Source: Octopus sinensis
Taxonomy: Eukaryota
Direction of reading: 5' to 3'
Length of the DNA: 64,000 nt
Assembly (NCBI RefSeq): GCF_006345805.1
Contig: NC_043004.1
Span: 19,406,001-19,470,000 of the forward strand
The notes beneath the pieces were generated by a model that ran no database searches, was not told where the DNA came from, and saw only the letters and a program-made list of their open reading frames with translations. Below are positions 61,553-64,000 of this stretch, piece after piece. The translations under genes and the position numbers were made by a program. Numbering within the stretch: position 1 is the stretch's first letter; the number at the start of each line of letters is the position of its first letter.

Positions 61553-62164
61553 GCTTTCTATTCCTGAGCGTTATATTAATACATCTGTTTGTTTTGTGGT
61601 ATTCATCAACTTTTAGACATTATATTATGTCTATTTATTTATTTAAACCATTATAACAAAATACATACTTGTATAACATTATGTTTTACATATATAAAAA
61701 TATAAAAATACCAGTAATTATTAAAATATATAACGTAGAGCATAGGAAGTAGAATAGTATCTTACAGCTGTTTCAGCCAAGAGGTCACAGTACCCAACTT
61801 TACTTCCATCCCTTCAGTGAACTGAAGTATTTTGGTACTTGGGTGTGCCTCTGGGCTTCGTCAGAGAGTTTAGAACGTTCATAAGGTTAAGTTATAAATA
61901 TAAATACATACATATATACAGACTTTTACATATACATACATACATATATATATATATATGAATTAGAGAAGAACCACCATGAAGCAATTCAACAGTGATA
62001 TACTTAAATCATACCATATAGAAAAAAAATTTAAGGATATGATGGTGGTTCTTCTTTAATTAATATAAATGTATTATACATTGTGAAATTCGATTTAGCA
62101 TTACTAAATTGAATTTTTCCCTGTAAGTTTGGAATCATATTCTCTAATATTATTATTATTATTA

Positions 62165-62209
<45 letters not shown>

Positions 62210-62224
62210 ATTATTATTATTATA

Positions 62225-62289
<65 letters not shown>

Positions 62290-62969
62290 TATATATATAT
62301 ATATATGCATATACATACAGAGTGTGATGGGTATATTGTCGCCATTTTATATGTTTAATTTCGCGGATGCACATTGTTTGTTTTTGATGTTGTTGACTAC
62401 ACTGTATAGTAGGGTCAGCTGGGCACCGTCTGTGGGAAAAACAGCACCATGATGCAATTCACTCTGCCACAATTTTGGAAACAAGATGCTGTACTACTTG
62501 GCATTCACACCGGAAGCTCGAGTACAATGCTATAAATACCTGAATTATCATAGTGGCACTTGTCCATCTGAGTTCAAATTCCGCCGAGGTCGAATTTAGA
62601 TGCTGCTAAAATAAGTATGAGTTGTGCACAAGGCTTGATGTAATCGACTAGCCCTGTCCCCAAAATTTTCAGGCCTTGTTCCTATAATGGTAAGACTGAT
62701 CATTATTTCCTGTTTCTATGAAGCAAACCTTTTACAGTAGCTCTAAATGACATCTTATTCCAATCTCTATCCATTTGTCTATATCATCACTCACAGTTCC
62801 TTGTGCAATTATTATCTTAGGTACATTTACAGGTTTAATGTCCCAAATTCTTGCAATCTCAAATTTTAAGGGGCTGTATTGTTTCAACGTTTTTCCACCT
62901 TACTTCCCAATCCCGGAATCAAATGGACATGATGGATCAATCAATAAGCACATTCGATTTTCCTTATTG

Positions 62970-63278
62970 TAATGGTACGTAAAAAGCACCATCCATTCGT
63001 GGCTGTTGCCAGCGCCGCCCCGACTGGCCTCCGTGCCGGTGGCACGTAAAAGCACCATCCGTTCGTGGCCGTTTGCCAGCACCGTCTGGCACCTGTGCGG
63101 GTGGCATGTAAAAAGCAGCCAAAACACTCGCGGAGTGGTTGGCGTTAGGAAGGGCATCCAGCCGTAGAAACACTGCCAGATCAGACTGGGCCTGATGCAG
63201 CCTTCTGGCTTCACAGACCCCAGTTGAACCGTCCAACCCATGCTAGCATGGAAAACGGACGCTAAATGATGATGATGA
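62970..63278 (+). mobile_element. 5'-truncated SINE-like element with internal duplication and (GAT)n tail
   Basis: The GGTGGCACGTAAAA(A)GCA block is repeated three times, followed by GGAAGGGCATCCAGCCGTAGAAAC and a tail CCCATGCTAGCATGGAAAACGGACGCTAAATGATGATG. Confidence 0.65.
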
Positions 63279-64000
63279 TTATTGTAATATCTGGTTTGTT
63301 ATGTTCTGTTTTTTTAATGTTTCAGTTGGAAAGTCTCACAAATTCTTGCCTGTTTCTGACTCAAGCACTCTTTCTACTTGATGATCTTTATCATGTACTG
63401 CCTGCTTCAAACTCTTATTTCCGCCAAAGCTTCCAATGTAAAACTTCACAACTTGATCATGCCTCCATTTCTTATATTCTCACAGAGCCATCTTGGGAAT
63501 TCTACGACAAAGTGTACCAATGTTTCATCCCAAACGTCACAACTGAGATGACACCAGCCCCACCAAGCAAGAACATAAAACAAGCAAGAAGCAGCAGCTT
63601 TATAGAGTTTCTGCCTTCCAAATTCACTCATAAGTCATTGTTTAGCTCAATGCAATAGCAGAAGACGGTTATCCAAGCAGCCACACTTTGGGACTAAACC
63701 CCAAATCCTGTGTTTGTAAAGTAACTTCTTAATCATGCAGCCATGATTATATGAATGTATGCACGTGTCATATATATCTTTTATTTTTCACTTGTTTCAA
63801 CTATTCCACTGTGGTCATATAAGGGCCAGGCCTTTAAGAATTTTTAGTCAAATGAATTGATCTCAGTACTTATTCTATTGGTCTCATTTGCTGAACCACT
63901 AAGTTACTGCAACATAAATACACCAAAACCAGTTGTCAAGCAATGGTAGGAGATAAACACAGACAGACACACATATATAATTGTTTAAGCATTGAGTATG

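Overview
This is an AT-rich, microsatellite-dense eukaryotic window with no recognisable host protein-coding gene. The SINE types and repeat landscape suggest an octopus or other coleoid cephalopod (inference). Nearly all interpretable sequence is mobile-element derived. It holds a near-full-length L1/Tx1-group LINE set in (GATA)n tracts (13.7-18.8 kb) and a complete but defective CsRn1-like Ty3/Gypsy element (54.8-60.0 kb) with about 98% identical LTRs, a tRNA-Trp PBS, an ATAT TSD and a -1 frameshift signal. It also holds a second Gypsy relic, CR1-like and RTE-like LINEs, a Penelope-like element (PLE), Tc1/mariner fragments, several fold-back/MITE-like elements and many tRNA-derived SINEs. 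The family labels A-D used below are my own. The best candidates for undescribed biology are: (1) type I hammerhead-ribozyme motifs in small non-coding repeats, including a 1.5-mer predicted to excise a 557-nt RNA (retrozyme-like); (2) a Tx1 element that appears to target (GATA)n; (3) a six-unit SINE concatemer bounded by one 19-bp target-site duplication. All identities and structures were read by eye, and boundaries of decayed elements are approximate.
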